From the NCBI GenBank assembly GCA_964421975.1, contig CAYQZL010000003.1, positions 1,310 to 65,309 of the forward strand: a stretch of 64,000 nucleotides of DNA, written 5' to 3'. The position numbers and the translations under genes are program-made. Source of the DNA: an uncultured Rikenellaceae bacterium. GTDB lineage: Bacteria > Bacteroidota > Bacteroidia > Bacteroidales > VadinHA17. Positions 1-10,025 of the stretch are shown piece after piece. Every line of letters begins with the position of its first letter. The stretch's first letter is position 1. Below the pieces are notes generated by a model. That model worked only from the letters and a program-made list of their open reading frames with translations, was not told the DNA's origin and did no database searches.

Positions 1-24
1 GTAACTTATGCTTTATATCTGTTC

Positions 25-128
25 AGTCAGGTTTAACCTGACAAATAATCTACAATAAATAATTATTCTAATGAACGGTTAAATTAATAATATCTTTTGT
101 ATCATTGTAGTCAGGTTTATCCTGACAA
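25..128 (+). promoter_or_regulatory. Duplicated operator-like repeat upstream of abiEi (AGTCAGGTTTAACCTGACAA at 25-44; AGTCAGGTTTATCCTGACAA at 109-128)
   Basis: Two 20-bp copies are 19/20 identical. Each contains the inverted repeat GTCAGG-N5-CCTGAC. Starts are 84 bp apart, and the second copy ends 8 nt before the ATG at 136. Confidence 0.6.
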
Positions 129-135
129 TAGGGTT

Positions 136-957
136 ATGAAAAATAAGTACATATCAAAACAGTCAAATGAGCTTCTTTCGTGGTTTAGAAGTAATGATAT
201 GGAATGCTTTGATTACAAGGAGGCTTTTAATGCTCTTCCAGGTTCGAAAGAAAGCGCTGTTCGGGAATTATTGAGTGATATGACGAAAAGAGGATTACTA
301 ATGAGACTCAAAGAGGGGAAGTATTATATAATTCCATATGAGCAAGATTCCAAATCATTTATGCCGGATTGGCATCTGGCGGCTGAATGTCTTGTGGGCG
401 GTAAGGATTATTACATTGGGTATTATTCTGCATTAGTTATTTATGATTTAATAACACAACCTTCATTAAAAGAACAGATAGTAGTTCCAAAACAAACAAA
501 ACCATCAATAATATATATAAAGAATATCCCCTTTCAGTTTATTTTCCATAATGAACATCATTTCTTCGGTTATGAAGAAACATGGATAGATAGTTACAAT
601 AGAGTCCTTTGTTCAGATCTGGAAAAAACAATTATTGATTGCCTCTTTAAACCAGTTTATGCAGGAGGGATAGTGGAAATATCAAAAGCTATTTTCATAT
701 CAAAAGATCAAATAAATTTTGGCAAACTTCTTGAATATTTGAAGAAATTTAAATCCCAGGCTGTTATAAAAAGATTAGGTTTTCTTCTCGAACTGCTGGA
801 AATAAAGAATAACATTATAGATACCCTGCTAAAGTTGAAATCAGATTCATATGTGTTATTAGATACAGAACTACCAAAGAAAGGTAGGTTTATTACCAGA
901 TGGAGCGTCCAACAAAATATTGAGCCTGAAACAATTAAATCTGCCCTGTACACATGA
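136..957 (+). CDS. abiEi: AbiEi-family type IV TA antitoxin / transcriptional regulator
   Basis: The N-terminal wHTH-like region and C-terminal AbiEi-type domain resemble AbiEi. The gene overlaps the downstream AbiEii gene by 4 nt (ATGA). The ORF track starts at a TTG at 97, which lies inside the operator repeat, so I prefer the ATG at 136. Confidence 0.7.
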   Translation: MKNKYISKQSNELLSWFRSNDMECFDYKEAFNALPGSKESAVRELLSDMTKRGLLMRLKEGKYYIIPYEQDSKSFMPDWHLAAECLVGGKDYYIGYYSALVIYDLITQPSLKEQIVVPKQTKPSIIYIKNIPFQFIFHNEHHFFGYEETWIDSYNRVLCSDLEKTIIDCLFKPVYAGGIVEISKAIFISKDQINFGKLLEYLKKFKSQAVIKRLGFLLELLEIKNNIIDTLLKLKSDSYVLLDTELPKKGRFITRWSVQQNIEPETIKSALYT

Positions 958-1757
958 TTAAACCCGGTGAAATCCAAAACAAAGCTCGATCAGCAGGTGT
1001 CCGAGACCAGCAGATTGAGAAAGACTATATCCTATCGTGGCTCTTAAAAGGAATAAGTCAGAATAAATTACTTTCTGGAGTCCTAGTATTTAAAGGAGGT
1101 ACATGTCTTAAAAAGTTTTACTTCGAAGATTATCGGTTTTCTGAAGATCTTGATTTTACATTAGCAGATGAAAGTGTTTCAAATGATAAAATCTCAGAAG
1201 AATTTAATGACATTTTCAAATTCATTAAAGAGAAAGCAAACATCCCCTTGAATATATTAGAAAGCAATGAACATGAAGATGGAGGGCTGTACTTTTTTAT
1301 TGGATATATTGGACCACTAGGTGGGCAAGGAACTAATAAAAAAATTAAAATCGATATAGCCAGAAACGAAAAACTCGAATTTAAAACTGTTAAAAACACT
1401 ACCTTAAGATCATACTCAGATATTGATGACTACAGTATGTCATGTTATACTCTTGAAGAAATATTAGTTGAAAAAATGCGATCTGTAATTCAAAGGATGA
1501 TTGCAAGGGATTTTTATGATATCTGGTATCTGTTCGAAGAAGAGGGATTGGATGCAAATAATTATATTGTTGAATTCAAAAATAAATGTAACAGTAAAGG
1601 ATTAGATGCATTAAAATTCAAGGGTAAACTGGCCGAGCGGATCCTTCAATATCAAGGGCAATGGAAATCTTCCTTAAGGGATCAAATAAAGGATCTGCCG
1701 GATTTTGAAAAAGTTGAAAGAGATGTTCAAAGGCACATAAAAAAGATGTATTTATAA
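954..1757 (+). CDS. abiEii: AbiEii/AbiGii-family nucleotidyltransferase toxin (DUF1814)
   Basis: N-terminal signature KDYILSWLL...LVFKGGTCLKKFY...YRFSEDLDF is typical of AbiEii. The gene is translationally coupled to abiEi. Confidence 0.8.
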   Translation: MIKPGEIQNKARSAGVRDQQIEKDYILSWLLKGISQNKLLSGVLVFKGGTCLKKFYFEDYRFSEDLDFTLADESVSNDKISEEFNDIFKFIKEKANIPLNILESNEHEDGGLYFFIGYIGPLGGQGTNKKIKIDIARNEKLEFKTVKNTTLRSYSDIDDYSMSCYTLEEILVEKMRSVIQRMIARDFYDIWYLFEEEGLDANNYIVEFKNKCNSKGLDALKFKGKLAERILQYQGQWKSSLRDQIKDLPDFEKVERDVQRHIKKMYL

Positions 1758-1758
1758 C

Positions 1759-1890
1759 ATGGCGAAAAAACTGAAAGAGAAAAAAAGAAAAAGCATTGAG
1801 GAAACTTTGTGGGAGTCAGCCAATAAACTTCGTGGATCAGTTGAGCCTTCTGAATATAAACATGTCGTTCTGGATCCGAAATTTCTGTAA
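1759..1890 (+). pseudogene. hsdM: N-terminal relic (43 codons) of a type I restriction-modification methyltransferase HsdM
   Basis: Translation is MAKKLKEKKRKSIEETLWESANKLRGSVEPSEYKHVVLDPKFL*. The LW..A..LRG....SEYKHVVL block is the conserved HsdM N-terminus, and the match ends abruptly after VVL. Confidence 0.6.
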
Positions 1891-1894
1891 TGAC

Positions 1895-2060
1895 TCCTGC
1901 TGAATATTTGAAAATGATCAGCAGCTAACATAAACAGAATAATTCATAAGCTTACCGCATGAGACAGATACCAGTCCCATGTACCAGGGATAAACGGAAG
2001 CTTGCGTCGGGTAAAACAACCTCCCCATATTGCGGGGCCGTTAGCAAAAATACGTCGCGC
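1895..2060 (-). repeat. Degenerate copy of the dispersed intergenic repeat family (minus-strand ...GGTAAGCTTATGAATTATT module)
   Basis: It shares ACATAA.AC.GA...TAATTCATAA.CT..CCGC.TGAG with 3938-3985. The GCTTATG module also appears at 53090, 60776 and 62337. Alignment was by eye only. Confidence 0.3.
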
Positions 2061-2068
2061 TACTGCAA

Positions 2069-2404
2069 ATGATTAAAAAATACCTTCCATATTTCAGCGT
2101 AGTATTGGTTATCAATCTCGTTTTTTCACCAATAGCAACTGTACTTGCTACTCTTGTTTCAAAACCATTTCTGACTGATCAGGTAATTACCTTACATAAA
2201 GTGATTTCCACATTTATCTTATTCTTCATTACAGGTGGTTTTCTTATCGGAGCTTTATTTTATGAACTCGCGCGCAAAAATGAATATTATTTATACTACA
2301 ACCTTGGCATATCAAAAATCAAGTTAATCTTAATAACATACCTTTTTCATCTTCTTCTCATGATCCCATTTTTGATATTCGCTCATTATGCTAAACAAAT
2401 TTGA
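2069..2404 (+). CDS. Small integral membrane protein (about 3 TM), likely partner of the downstream ABC ATPase
   Basis: Hydrophobic 111-aa ORF that overlaps the ABC ATPase gene by 17 nt. Confidence 0.5.
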   Translation: MIKKYLPYFSVVLVINLVFSPIATVLATLVSKPFLTDQVITLHKVISTFILFFITGGFLIGALFYELARKNEYYLYYNLGISKIKLILITYLFHLLLMIPFLIFAHYAKQI

Positions 2405-3050
2405 GGCAGATAGTATAAGAAAATCCTTCGGTGAAAAACAAGTGTTGACCGATATCTTCATAATGTGTCAGACTGGAGATATTGTCGGACTTCTGGGACG
2501 AAATGGCTCAGGAAAATCTACTCTGTTAAAAATACTATATGGAACCCTGTATACTGATTATAAACATATTTCTGTCAACGATGAGATACTTGGCCAGCCT
2601 TTTAAAAAGCAGGGAATTGTTAACTTTCTTCCTCAGGATAGTTTCCTGCCTAAAGATCTGACTGTCAGGAAAACAATACAATTATTTGACCATCAGTTAA
2701 ACGATTCTGAATTCTTGAATGACAATGTTCTTTCTAAAGTATTAAATACCAAAATTCGGAATCTGTCCGGGGGAGAATCAAGGTACCTGGAAATAAAATT
2801 AATCCTGAGCACTGATTCTCAATTTGCTTTTTTGGATGAACCCTTTAACGGAATTTCTCCAATACATATTGAGCTTGTTAAAGATATGATAATCAAACAC
2901 TCAAATAAGAAAGGGATTATTCTAACGGACCACGACTATAGAAATGTTCTGGATGTCGCAAACATTTACATGATATTGTTTGATGGTGGTCTCAAAATAT
3001 TAAAATCAAAAAAAGAGTTCATTTATTGGGGTTATCTGCCTGACAATTAA
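2388..3050 (+). CDS. ABC transporter ATP-binding protein
   Basis: Walker A GRNGSGKST, signature LSGGE and Walker B FLDEP. Confidence 0.85.
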   Translation: MLNKFEADSIRKSFGEKQVLTDIFIMCQTGDIVGLLGRNGSGKSTLLKILYGTLYTDYKHISVNDEILGQPFKKQGIVNFLPQDSFLPKDLTVRKTIQLFDHQLNDSEFLNDNVLSKVLNTKIRNLSGGESRYLEIKLILSTDSQFAFLDEPFNGISPIHIELVKDMIIKHSNKKGIILTDHDYRNVLDVANIYMILFDGGLKILKSKKEFIYWGYLPDN

Positions 3051-3235
3051 AATGGCGGAAGTATTGTAAGCATTCGTGCAAAAATGGCTGGCCCTTTTAT
3101 AATGAGACTTATGATTGTTTTCATAAAAAAAATTAGAGAAGGCATAAAAAATGATCTAGTTAAGCTTAAAAAAAAAATAATGGAAAGTACTGTATATTAA
3201 GCATTAAAAACATAACAGCCACTAATACGGACCGT

Positions 3236-3928
3236 ATGAAAACAAAAGAAACTGTAAAAGTTATCCGGATAAACGGGATTAATTTTGTCTTAGACGACAA
3301 AGGGAGAATCAGAAAATTCAAGCCATGGCTCGGTGAACTGTTTGCATTTGCTTATGATTCAGTTATGCAAAAGTCCATCTTCCCTAAAAAGTTTAAAGGA
3401 AGTATTTCAAAACATATTGAACTCCTTAAAAAGGAATACGAAACTATTCAAAACAAGAATATACTGGAAATAGCCACAGGGAGTGGTTTCTCATCAGAAC
3501 TACTAAACAAAAACAATTCGTACACTGGTATTGACATTAGTGTTGGATTACTTAAGCAGGCAGTACGAAAATTTAAAGATCATCAATTTGCTGATGTTGA
3601 GTTTTTTGTTTCACCTGCTAATGATTTACCATTCAGCAATCAAATTTTTGATATAGTCATTTGCGATCTCTCCCTGAACTTTCTAGGAGACCTTGATAGT
3701 TTTATCAAAGAAATAAAAAGGGTAATGAAAACTTCATCAGTTTTTTATTGTAGTGTGCCTGTCCCTGAGAAAAAGCATTCTAAGGTAGTAATACATGGTA
3801 ACTTATATTCTGAAAATGAACTTAAAATCCAATTCGAAAAATTCAACTTTATTTTCAACCCAAGACCAATTGAAAATGGAGCTTTATTATATTTCAACGC
3901 AAGTTTGCTCCTGAATGACGAAAAATAA
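3236..3928 (+). CDS. Class I SAM-dependent methyltransferase
   Basis: Motif I ILEIATGSG, plus a post-motif FDIVICDLSLNF. Confidence 0.75.
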   Translation: MKTKETVKVIRINGINFVLDDKGRIRKFKPWLGELFAFAYDSVMQKSIFPKKFKGSISKHIELLKKEYETIQNKNILEIATGSGFSSELLNKNNSYTGIDISVGLLKQAVRKFKDHQFADVEFFVSPANDLPFSNQIFDIVICDLSLNFLGDLDSFIKEIKRVMKTSSVFYCSVPVPEKKHSKVVIHGNLYSENELKIQFEKFNFIFNPRPIENGALLYFNASLLLNDEK

Positions 3929-3934
3929 AACCAG

Positions 3935-4140
3935 TACATAACACGGACGGTGCTGTAATTCATAAACTCCCCGCCTGAGGTGATTTGCCGTTGATGTATG
4001 TAACGGTGTAAGGTCTGACGGTGCCCCTGACAAGGGAAGAGTAACTGCCTTCATGACTAATGCCAAGATCATTTAGAGCTGATAAAGCTTTAAAAGCCGC
4101 AACTTTAGCGGAGACTGACTAATTATACCCCCGGGCCTCT
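3935..4140 (-). repeat. Degenerate copy of the dispersed intergenic repeat family
   Basis: The minus strand reads ...CATGAAGGCAGTTACTCTTCCC...ATCAACGGC[20-nt insert]TTTATGAATTAC. These modules are also seen at 60601-60620, 60771-60785 and 1935-1950. No credible ORF is present. Confidence 0.3.
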
Positions 4141-4201
4141 GGTGGTAATTCGTAACTTCACAATAAACAAACAACTATAGATTAATCCTTAAAATCAGAC
4201 T

Positions 4202-4702
4202 ATGAATAATAAAACAATCTTTGATCTGATAAACAGGACTGAACATTCGGATTCAAGATCTGTTCTGAGCTCAATCAGGGTATTATATTTCGCCATGATA
4301 ATTGGTTTATTGTCATTCTTAGCAGTGACTTTCCTGATCTCACAGGATTTCAAATTTTACTTTGACAAAAGCGATCCTGTAATATTTGCAAACCTGATTT
4401 TATTCTTTCTGGCTATACCGGCAGGATACTTGGTATCTAAGGTTATATGGGGGAAGATCGAAAAAGATTTGCCGCTAAAGGACAAATTATTAAAATTCCA
4501 GCCTGGCTTTTTAATCAGAATGGGCACATGCGAAGGAGTCGGGTTATTTTCAATTGTTGGTTTGCTCTTGTCAGATAATTTAATTTATCTGGTATTCACA
4601 GGAATAATTCTATTGATCATTTTTTACTATTTCCCATTTCCTGAAAAATTAGAATTACAAATAGACCTTAATCAGACTGAGCTGGATGAATTAAAAAAAT
4701 AA
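4202..4702 (+). CDS. Hypothetical integral membrane protein
   Basis: 166-aa ORF with about 4 hydrophobic helices and a good intergenic context. Confidence 0.5.
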   Translation: MNNKTIFDLINRTEHSDSRSVLSSIRVLYFAMIIGLLSFLAVTFLISQDFKFYFDKSDPVIFANLILFFLAIPAGYLVSKVIWGKIEKDLPLKDKLLKFQPGFLIRMGTCEGVGLFSIVGLLLSDNLIYLVFTGIILLIIFYYFPFPEKLELQIDLNQTELDELKK

Positions 4703-4917
4703 TTGCGGCTGGTAAATATATAGAATAGGTTCCTGTACCACGACAAAAAAAAACAAAATCGGGGATTTAGGTACCTGAATTATCTCATCCTTGTTTCATA
4801 CGCTTAAATTAATATCAACTTCTAAAGTTAGACGCCTTAATATTTCTTTGCCAGTGAACTTCGTTAAATGGAGAACAAATTTGAATAAATTGTCCGATAA
4901 AGGGCACTTAACTGTTT

Positions 4918-4957
4918 ATTCCGGCAATTGACCCCTCATTCCGGGTTATTGACCCCC
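4918..4957 (+). repeat. Tandem 20-bp direct repeat ATTCCGG(CAA/GTT)TTGACCCC x2, with a third partial ATTGACCGG at 4991-4999
   Basis: Read directly from the sequence. It lies 60 bp upstream of the ORF at 5020. It could be a protein-binding iteron or an IS-end relic. Confidence 0.5.
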
Positions 4958-5019
4958 TGGCAAATACAAGCATCACTCAGGTCGCTATAAATTGACCGGA
5001 AAATTTAAAACTTCTTCCT

Positions 5020-5829
5020 ATGACTAAAAACTATAGATTCCGGAATATTATCCGCTCAAGGATCGCAACCTTTGACATTTTTGATGTTGGCCTGCGTAAA
5101 CACCACATAAACGCAATGCTCGAATTCGACGTTACTGAAAGCAGAGCGAGGCTCAGAGACCTGAGAAAAAAAGGGACAATAGTCTCCTTTAATGCCTGGC
5201 TGATCAAAATCATCGGAAGTGTCCTGCAAAAGCACCCGGAAGCATCTGCGTATTTATATAACAAAAAGAAACTCATTATTTTCAATGACATTAATGTTTC
5301 AATGATAGTAGAAAAGAAAATAGGAGATTCCAAAGTTCCAATTCCTCTTTTAATTGAAAAGGTAAATGAAAAATCTGCCCTTAAAATAACTCAGGAAATA
5401 GAAAATGCCAGGAATCATGATTTAAATCCGGGAGACATTGTTCTGAAAAAACAATCATCTTCATATCAAAGAATTTACTACTATCTGCCCGGGTTCATCA
5501 GAAGGCTTTTTTGGAAATTCCTGCTGAAGCATGCGAAGACAGCTTTCAAAACAATGGGTAATGTAGCTGTCACATCAATTGGGATGATCGGTAAAATAAA
5601 TGGCTGGTTCATACACAAATCAGTCCATCCGATCTCATTTGGTGTAGGATCGATCCTAAAAAAACCTGTTGTCATAAATAATGAAATTAAAATCAGGGAA
5701 ATCTTAAATATGACTATACTGGTTGACCACGATGTAATTGACGGAGCTCCAATGGTAAGATTCCTGGACGACCTGACAAACTTCATCGAAACCGGGAAAG
5801 AGATAAATGATTTAAACGATAAAAACTGA
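5020..5829 (+). CDS. Stand-alone 2-oxoacid dehydrogenase E2-type acyltransferase catalytic domain protein
   Basis: C-terminal catalytic motif DHDVIDGAP matches the DHRxxDG family motif. No lipoyl or E3-binding domain is present. Confidence 0.65.
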   Translation: MTKNYRFRNIIRSRIATFDIFDVGLRKHHINAMLEFDVTESRARLRDLRKKGTIVSFNAWLIKIIGSVLQKHPEASAYLYNKKKLIIFNDINVSMIVEKKIGDSKVPIPLLIEKVNEKSALKITQEIENARNHDLNPGDIVLKKQSSSYQRIYYYLPGFIRRLFWKFLLKHAKTAFKTMGNVAVTSIGMIGKINGWFIHKSVHPISFGVGSILKKPVVINNEIKIREILNMTILVDHDVIDGAPMVRFLDDLTNFIETGKEINDLNDKN

Positions 5830-6081
5830 CAAAAAATGGAAAGTACCTTTCTGTCCGGATTGATCTTATCAGTAATGAACTCAACACAGCCGGACCTTTT
5901 CATATGAAACACATATTCAATTCCCTGATCTTCTGAAACCATTCAAACCATCATGAGAAATCAGGTGAATACAACCATGGGAACAAAATAATATTCCCGA
6001 TTGTTATTCTTTTTAAACTCAAATTGAAAAGACAACTCTTTTGGTTCCTGCCATTTTTTATAACAATTTAAAAGAACAATA

Positions 6082-6510
6082 ATGAATATAGAAGTTGATC
6101 CAACTGCTAAATGTTTTTCTGAGGGAGAGATAATTATTAATTCACCCATAGAAAAAGTTTTTAAAATTCTGTCTGACATAAATGATTGGCCCGGCTGGCA
6201 AAGTAGTGTCTCTATAGCTCAGATAAACGGACCATCTGTAGCCGGAGCAAAATTTAAATGGAAAGCCGGCGGCTTAAACATTAATTCAGAATTTCATACT
6301 GTAAATGAAAACTCTGAAATTGGCTGGACAGGAAGGATCTGGTGGATAAAAGCAGTCCATAACTGGTATCTTAGCTCCGGAAACAATGAAACTAAAGTCA
6401 TTGTCAAAGAGTCGCTAAAGGGCTTAGGATCTTCTTTGATGAAAAAATCTCTGATTGAGGGAATGAGAAAAAATCTGGTGGAATTAAAGAATAAAGCTGA
6501 GAAGTCATAA
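6082..6510 (+). CDS. SRPBCC (START/polyketide-cyclase-like) family protein
   Basis: Size and the pattern SPIEKVFKILSDINDWPGWQ fit the family. Confidence 0.55.
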   Translation: MNIEVDPTAKCFSEGEIIINSPIEKVFKILSDINDWPGWQSSVSIAQINGPSVAGAKFKWKAGGLNINSEFHTVNENSEIGWTGRIWWIKAVHNWYLSSGNNETKVIVKESLKGLGSSLMKKSLIEGMRKNLVELKNKAEKS

Positions 6511-6694
6511 TATTAAGCTTTACAAATTCCTCATTGCCGGACCCCAACCTTAAGGCAAAAGGAAATAACAATGGATGCGATTTGAGAAATAGTCCGGTAA
6601 ATGAACTGATCAGGACTATTCAGCCTATTGCATTTGAGATTGAAGACATGGATTACGAACTTTCACATCGTGAGACTCCCGTTAACACACAGAT

Positions 6695-7273
6695 ATGAAA
6701 TACTTAATATCAATATGCTTCTTAATTCTTTTTAATATAAGTAATGCACAGTCTGATTTCTATTCTAAGCTCAGTAGTGCTGCATTGGAATTAACAAAAC
6801 AACACGTTACTTATGATCCCGGGTACTTTTCAATACCCTATCCTAACGGTGATGTTCCGGGTGATAAAGGTGTATGTACAGACGTAATTATCAGAGCATA
6901 CAGAGCACTTGGTATTGACCTTCAGAAAGAGGTACATGAAGACATGCAGGTTAACTTTTCAGTTTACCCTAACAACTGGGGTTTAACCAACCCCGATCCA
7001 AATATTGATCATAGAAGGGTACCAAACCTTATGGTTTTCTTCGCAAGAAAAGGGATTACTCTTCCAATTACCCAAAATCCGGAAGACTATTTCCCGGGTG
7101 ATATAGTATGCTGGGATCTTGGTAACGGGATAATCCACACAGGATTTGTTGTAAATACTATATCAACTTTTTCGGACAGATACCAGATCGTTCACAATAT
7201 TGGCAATGGTCAGGTAATTGAGGATTGTTTATTCAGGTTTAAAATTATTGGTCACTACAGGTACGGAGATTGA
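6695..7273 (+). CDS. DUF1287 domain protein, secreted
   Basis: Signal peptide, plus the block YDPGYFSIPYPNGDVPGDKGVCTDVIIRAYRALGIDLQ typical of DUF1287. Confidence 0.65.
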   Translation: MKYLISICFLILFNISNAQSDFYSKLSSAALELTKQHVTYDPGYFSIPYPNGDVPGDKGVCTDVIIRAYRALGIDLQKEVHEDMQVNFSVYPNNWGLTNPDPNIDHRRVPNLMVFFARKGITLPITQNPEDYFPGDIVCWDLGNGIIHTGFVVNTISTFSDRYQIVHNIGNGQVIEDCLFRFKIIGHYRYGD

Positions 7274-7396
7274 AAAAGATTAATATTATGGCTTCACCAT
7301 TATTCATACTTAAAAATGTCAGGTCTAACCCAAATACTTTTTCTGATATTAAATTCTGGCGACAATAAAAAATTGTATTTACCTGCCTGAACAGAT

Positions 7397-8332
7397 ATGA
7401 AAAGATACAGAATATACATCTTGTTCATAATTTTTGTCGGCCTTATATTACAATACAGTTGCTCTGACCATAATCCTGTTAATTATGACCCTCCTGTAGG
7501 AGCAAATTATATCGGGGAAACTGTTGAAATTACTCTGGTTAGCGGAGATATTCTGGTTGGAACCCTGACAATTCAAAAAGATCAGGAAAAGAAGTTGCCC
7601 TGTGTTTTATTAATTACCGGTAGTTCCCCGCATGACAGAGATAATTCAAAACCAGATAATCCAATAACGGCATATAGACCTTTCCGACAAATTGCTGACT
7701 TGCTATCTGCAAACGGGATTGCTGTACTGAGAATGGATGACCGGGGTGTCGGTTCTTCAAAGGGTGGGAACATAGATAAAATGACTGCTCCTGAAAGATC
7801 GGCAGATATTGAACAATTAATCAAATATCTGAAATCCAGACCAGATATTGATGACTCCAGGATCGGGCTCCTGGGATTAAGTGAAGGGGCATCAATTGCA
7901 CATATGATTGCTTCAAAGGATACTTCTGTAAAAGTTATAATTCTTCTGTCTGCACCCGGATCAAGAGGTAAGGAGATATTAAACTACCAAATTATGAATG
8001 GCATTTTAGATCAAAAAGAATTCAGAAAACTCTTAAAGAAAGACATTAATCTGAGATATCTTTATGATTATGATCCAATGGTATCAGCCAGACTTGTCAA
8101 ACAACCAACTCTAATAATTAGTGGAGAATCAGATAAGAATGTTCCACCTGAAGATGCATTAAAATTAAAAATGGAAATGAATAAAAATGGCAATCTTAAT
8201 GTCACTACAAATATTTTAAAACACCATAACCATCTTTTATTACCGGAGAATCAGGAAGGTCAAATTAATTCAACTAAAATCACAGATGAAACCCTGAAAA
8301 TTATTCTGGACTGGATCCTCGCAGAACTATGA
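7397..8332 (+). CDS. Alpha/beta hydrolase (lipoprotein)
   Basis: Lipobox-like YSCS and nucleophile elbow GLSEG. The architecture is dienelactone hydrolase/peptidase S9-like. Confidence 0.7.
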   Translation: MKRYRIYILFIIFVGLILQYSCSDHNPVNYDPPVGANYIGETVEITLVSGDILVGTLTIQKDQEKKLPCVLLITGSSPHDRDNSKPDNPITAYRPFRQIADLLSANGIAVLRMDDRGVGSSKGGNIDKMTAPERSADIEQLIKYLKSRPDIDDSRIGLLGLSEGASIAHMIASKDTSVKVIILLSAPGSRGKEILNYQIMNGILDQKEFRKLLKKDINLRYLYDYDPMVSARLVKQPTLIISGESDKNVPPEDALKLKMEMNKNGNLNVTTNILKHHNHLLLPENQEGQINSTKITDETLKIILDWILAEL

Positions 8333-8431
8333 CAGCAAGAAAATAAAAGCAGGCGATAACGCGATTATTTATAAATTAAACAGTAGGGACATTACCCGGA
8401 TCCTTAATAAACAAATTTATCATTATCTATT

Positions 8432-8908
8432 ATGCCCAGTCTGTCGCCAGGAACTCCAGGAGCAAAAGAAGCATACGGAATATCTGTTATCCGGGATGAT
8501 TATAGCATTTGCATACCATCCAAAGCATTAAAAAGATATAATATTTCAAATAATGATCTCGTACTTCTGACATCTACCCGTAAGGGAGAAGGAGGACTTG
8601 CAATTTTGAATTACGAAAAAGCCAGACAATCTGTATTTAATGAAATTATCAGGAAAATAAAAGATATAAATCTCCTCGTTTACGAAAGATCAAGACCCTA
8701 TGCTTTAACTACTGTTTCGAATGAAAGAATATTTCTAAATCAGGAGTTTATTGATGCTTTTAATTTAAAAACTGGTGATAAACTCCTTGTAATTAAGAGT
8801 ACAACTGTTTCAATGAGCTTTTCTCCAGTTGAAATATGGAAAGAAAAATTTAGGAAAAGAGGATTCCTGGATGCAATCAGAAACCTGGATAAACTTGAAT
8901 TATATTAA
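8432..8908 (+). CDS. Hypothetical protein, possibly two SpoVT/AbrB-like swapped-hairpin modules
   Basis: Two internally similar segments: ICIPSKALKRYNISNNDLVLL and RIFLNQEFIDAFNLKTGDKLLVI. This is a weak call. Confidence 0.35.
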   Translation: MPSLSPGTPGAKEAYGISVIRDDYSICIPSKALKRYNISNNDLVLLTSTRKGEGGLAILNYEKARQSVFNEIIRKIKDINLLVYERSRPYALTTVSNERIFLNQEFIDAFNLKTGDKLLVIKSTTVSMSFSPVEIWKEKFRKRGFLDAIRNLDKLELY

Positions 8909-9004
8909 AATAACATCCTGTAGCACGATCTATATGGGTAAATTATACCACCTGGCTATTGGGTTTTATGATATTGGAAAACAAAGTATAGGATAGTGTA
9001 TAAA

Positions 9005-9823
9005 ATGGAAAATAATAATGAAATCAAACTTGGCAGCGTTCAGAAAACACTGTTACTCCCTTTATGGGGAAGGGCAATTGAAACACAGAAGCCAAAACCT
9101 CTTCTGGTTGACAGAAAAGCGGTTTCTATAATAAGCAATATTCCTTATGATTTTTCTGTAATTGCAAAGAATATTCATCCATTAAGCCGGCTTAGCTGGG
9201 TTGCAAGAAGCATTTACTTTGACAAAAAAATTAAAGGATTCATAGATGTTTTTCCTGATGCAACAATAGTGAATATTGGTTGTGGCCTGGATACAACATT
9301 TGACCGTGTGGATAATGGAAAAATCCATTGGTACGATCTGGATTTGCCGGATACAATTGAGTTAAGGAAAAATTATATTTCAGAAACAGACAGAAGCAAA
9401 TTCATTTCCAAATCAGTATTTGATGCAAGCTGGTATGATTCAATTGTAAAGAAAAATAATGTTATGTTCCTGATTGCCGGAGTGCTTTATTATTTTGATG
9501 AATCTGACATAAAAATACTATTTGGTGATTTCCATACTTTTCTTCCCGGAGCAGAGATTGTCTTTGATTATGCTTCTGAATTAGGGATTAAAATTTCAAA
9601 TAAAAAAGTTCTTGAAAAAGGGGGAATGGATAAATCGGCTTATTTAAAATGGGGGATTAATTATATAACAGAAATAGAAAAATGGGCAGATTTTATAAAA
9701 GTAATCAGCCACGAACCAATGTATTATGAGTTTAAAAAGAGCTATCCGCTATTCAAGAGAATTGGTATGAGTATGGCAGATGCATTAAAAATTATGTCAT
9801 TAGCCCATATAAGGATAAACTGA
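9005..9823 (+). CDS. Class I SAM-dependent methyltransferase (leucine carboxyl / TcmP-like O-methyltransferase family)
   Basis: LLLPLWGRA...VNIGCGLDTTFDRVD...WYDLDLPD pattern. I prefer the ATG at 9005 over the GTG at 8996. Confidence 0.65.
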   Translation: MENNNEIKLGSVQKTLLLPLWGRAIETQKPKPLLVDRKAVSIISNIPYDFSVIAKNIHPLSRLSWVARSIYFDKKIKGFIDVFPDATIVNIGCGLDTTFDRVDNGKIHWYDLDLPDTIELRKNYISETDRSKFISKSVFDASWYDSIVKKNNVMFLIAGVLYYFDESDIKILFGDFHTFLPGAEIVFDYASELGIKISNKKVLEKGGMDKSAYLKWGINYITEIEKWADFIKVISHEPMYYEFKKSYPLFKRIGMSMADALKIMSLAHIRIN

Positions 9824-10025
9824 TCAAATTAAACAGGATTATCCATTGCATGGTAACGGGAAAGGGCTTTTCCCATTTAAAAGATTATTCTTTGTAACAA
9901 GAAAATTGCTTCAGCCGGTTGTATATATAACATTATTGTATAAGTTGTTATTATGAGGTGGATTTCAGAGAATATAGTCACTTCAGTATAGAAATGAGCA
10001 TAAATTATAAACACAATAACTACTA

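Noticed and set aside
97-135. TTG-initiated N-terminal extension of abiEi given in the ORF track.
   Set aside because: The extension would be translated across the proximal operator palindrome (109-128). A canonical ATG at 136 gives a typical AbiEi N-terminus (MKNKYISKQS...).
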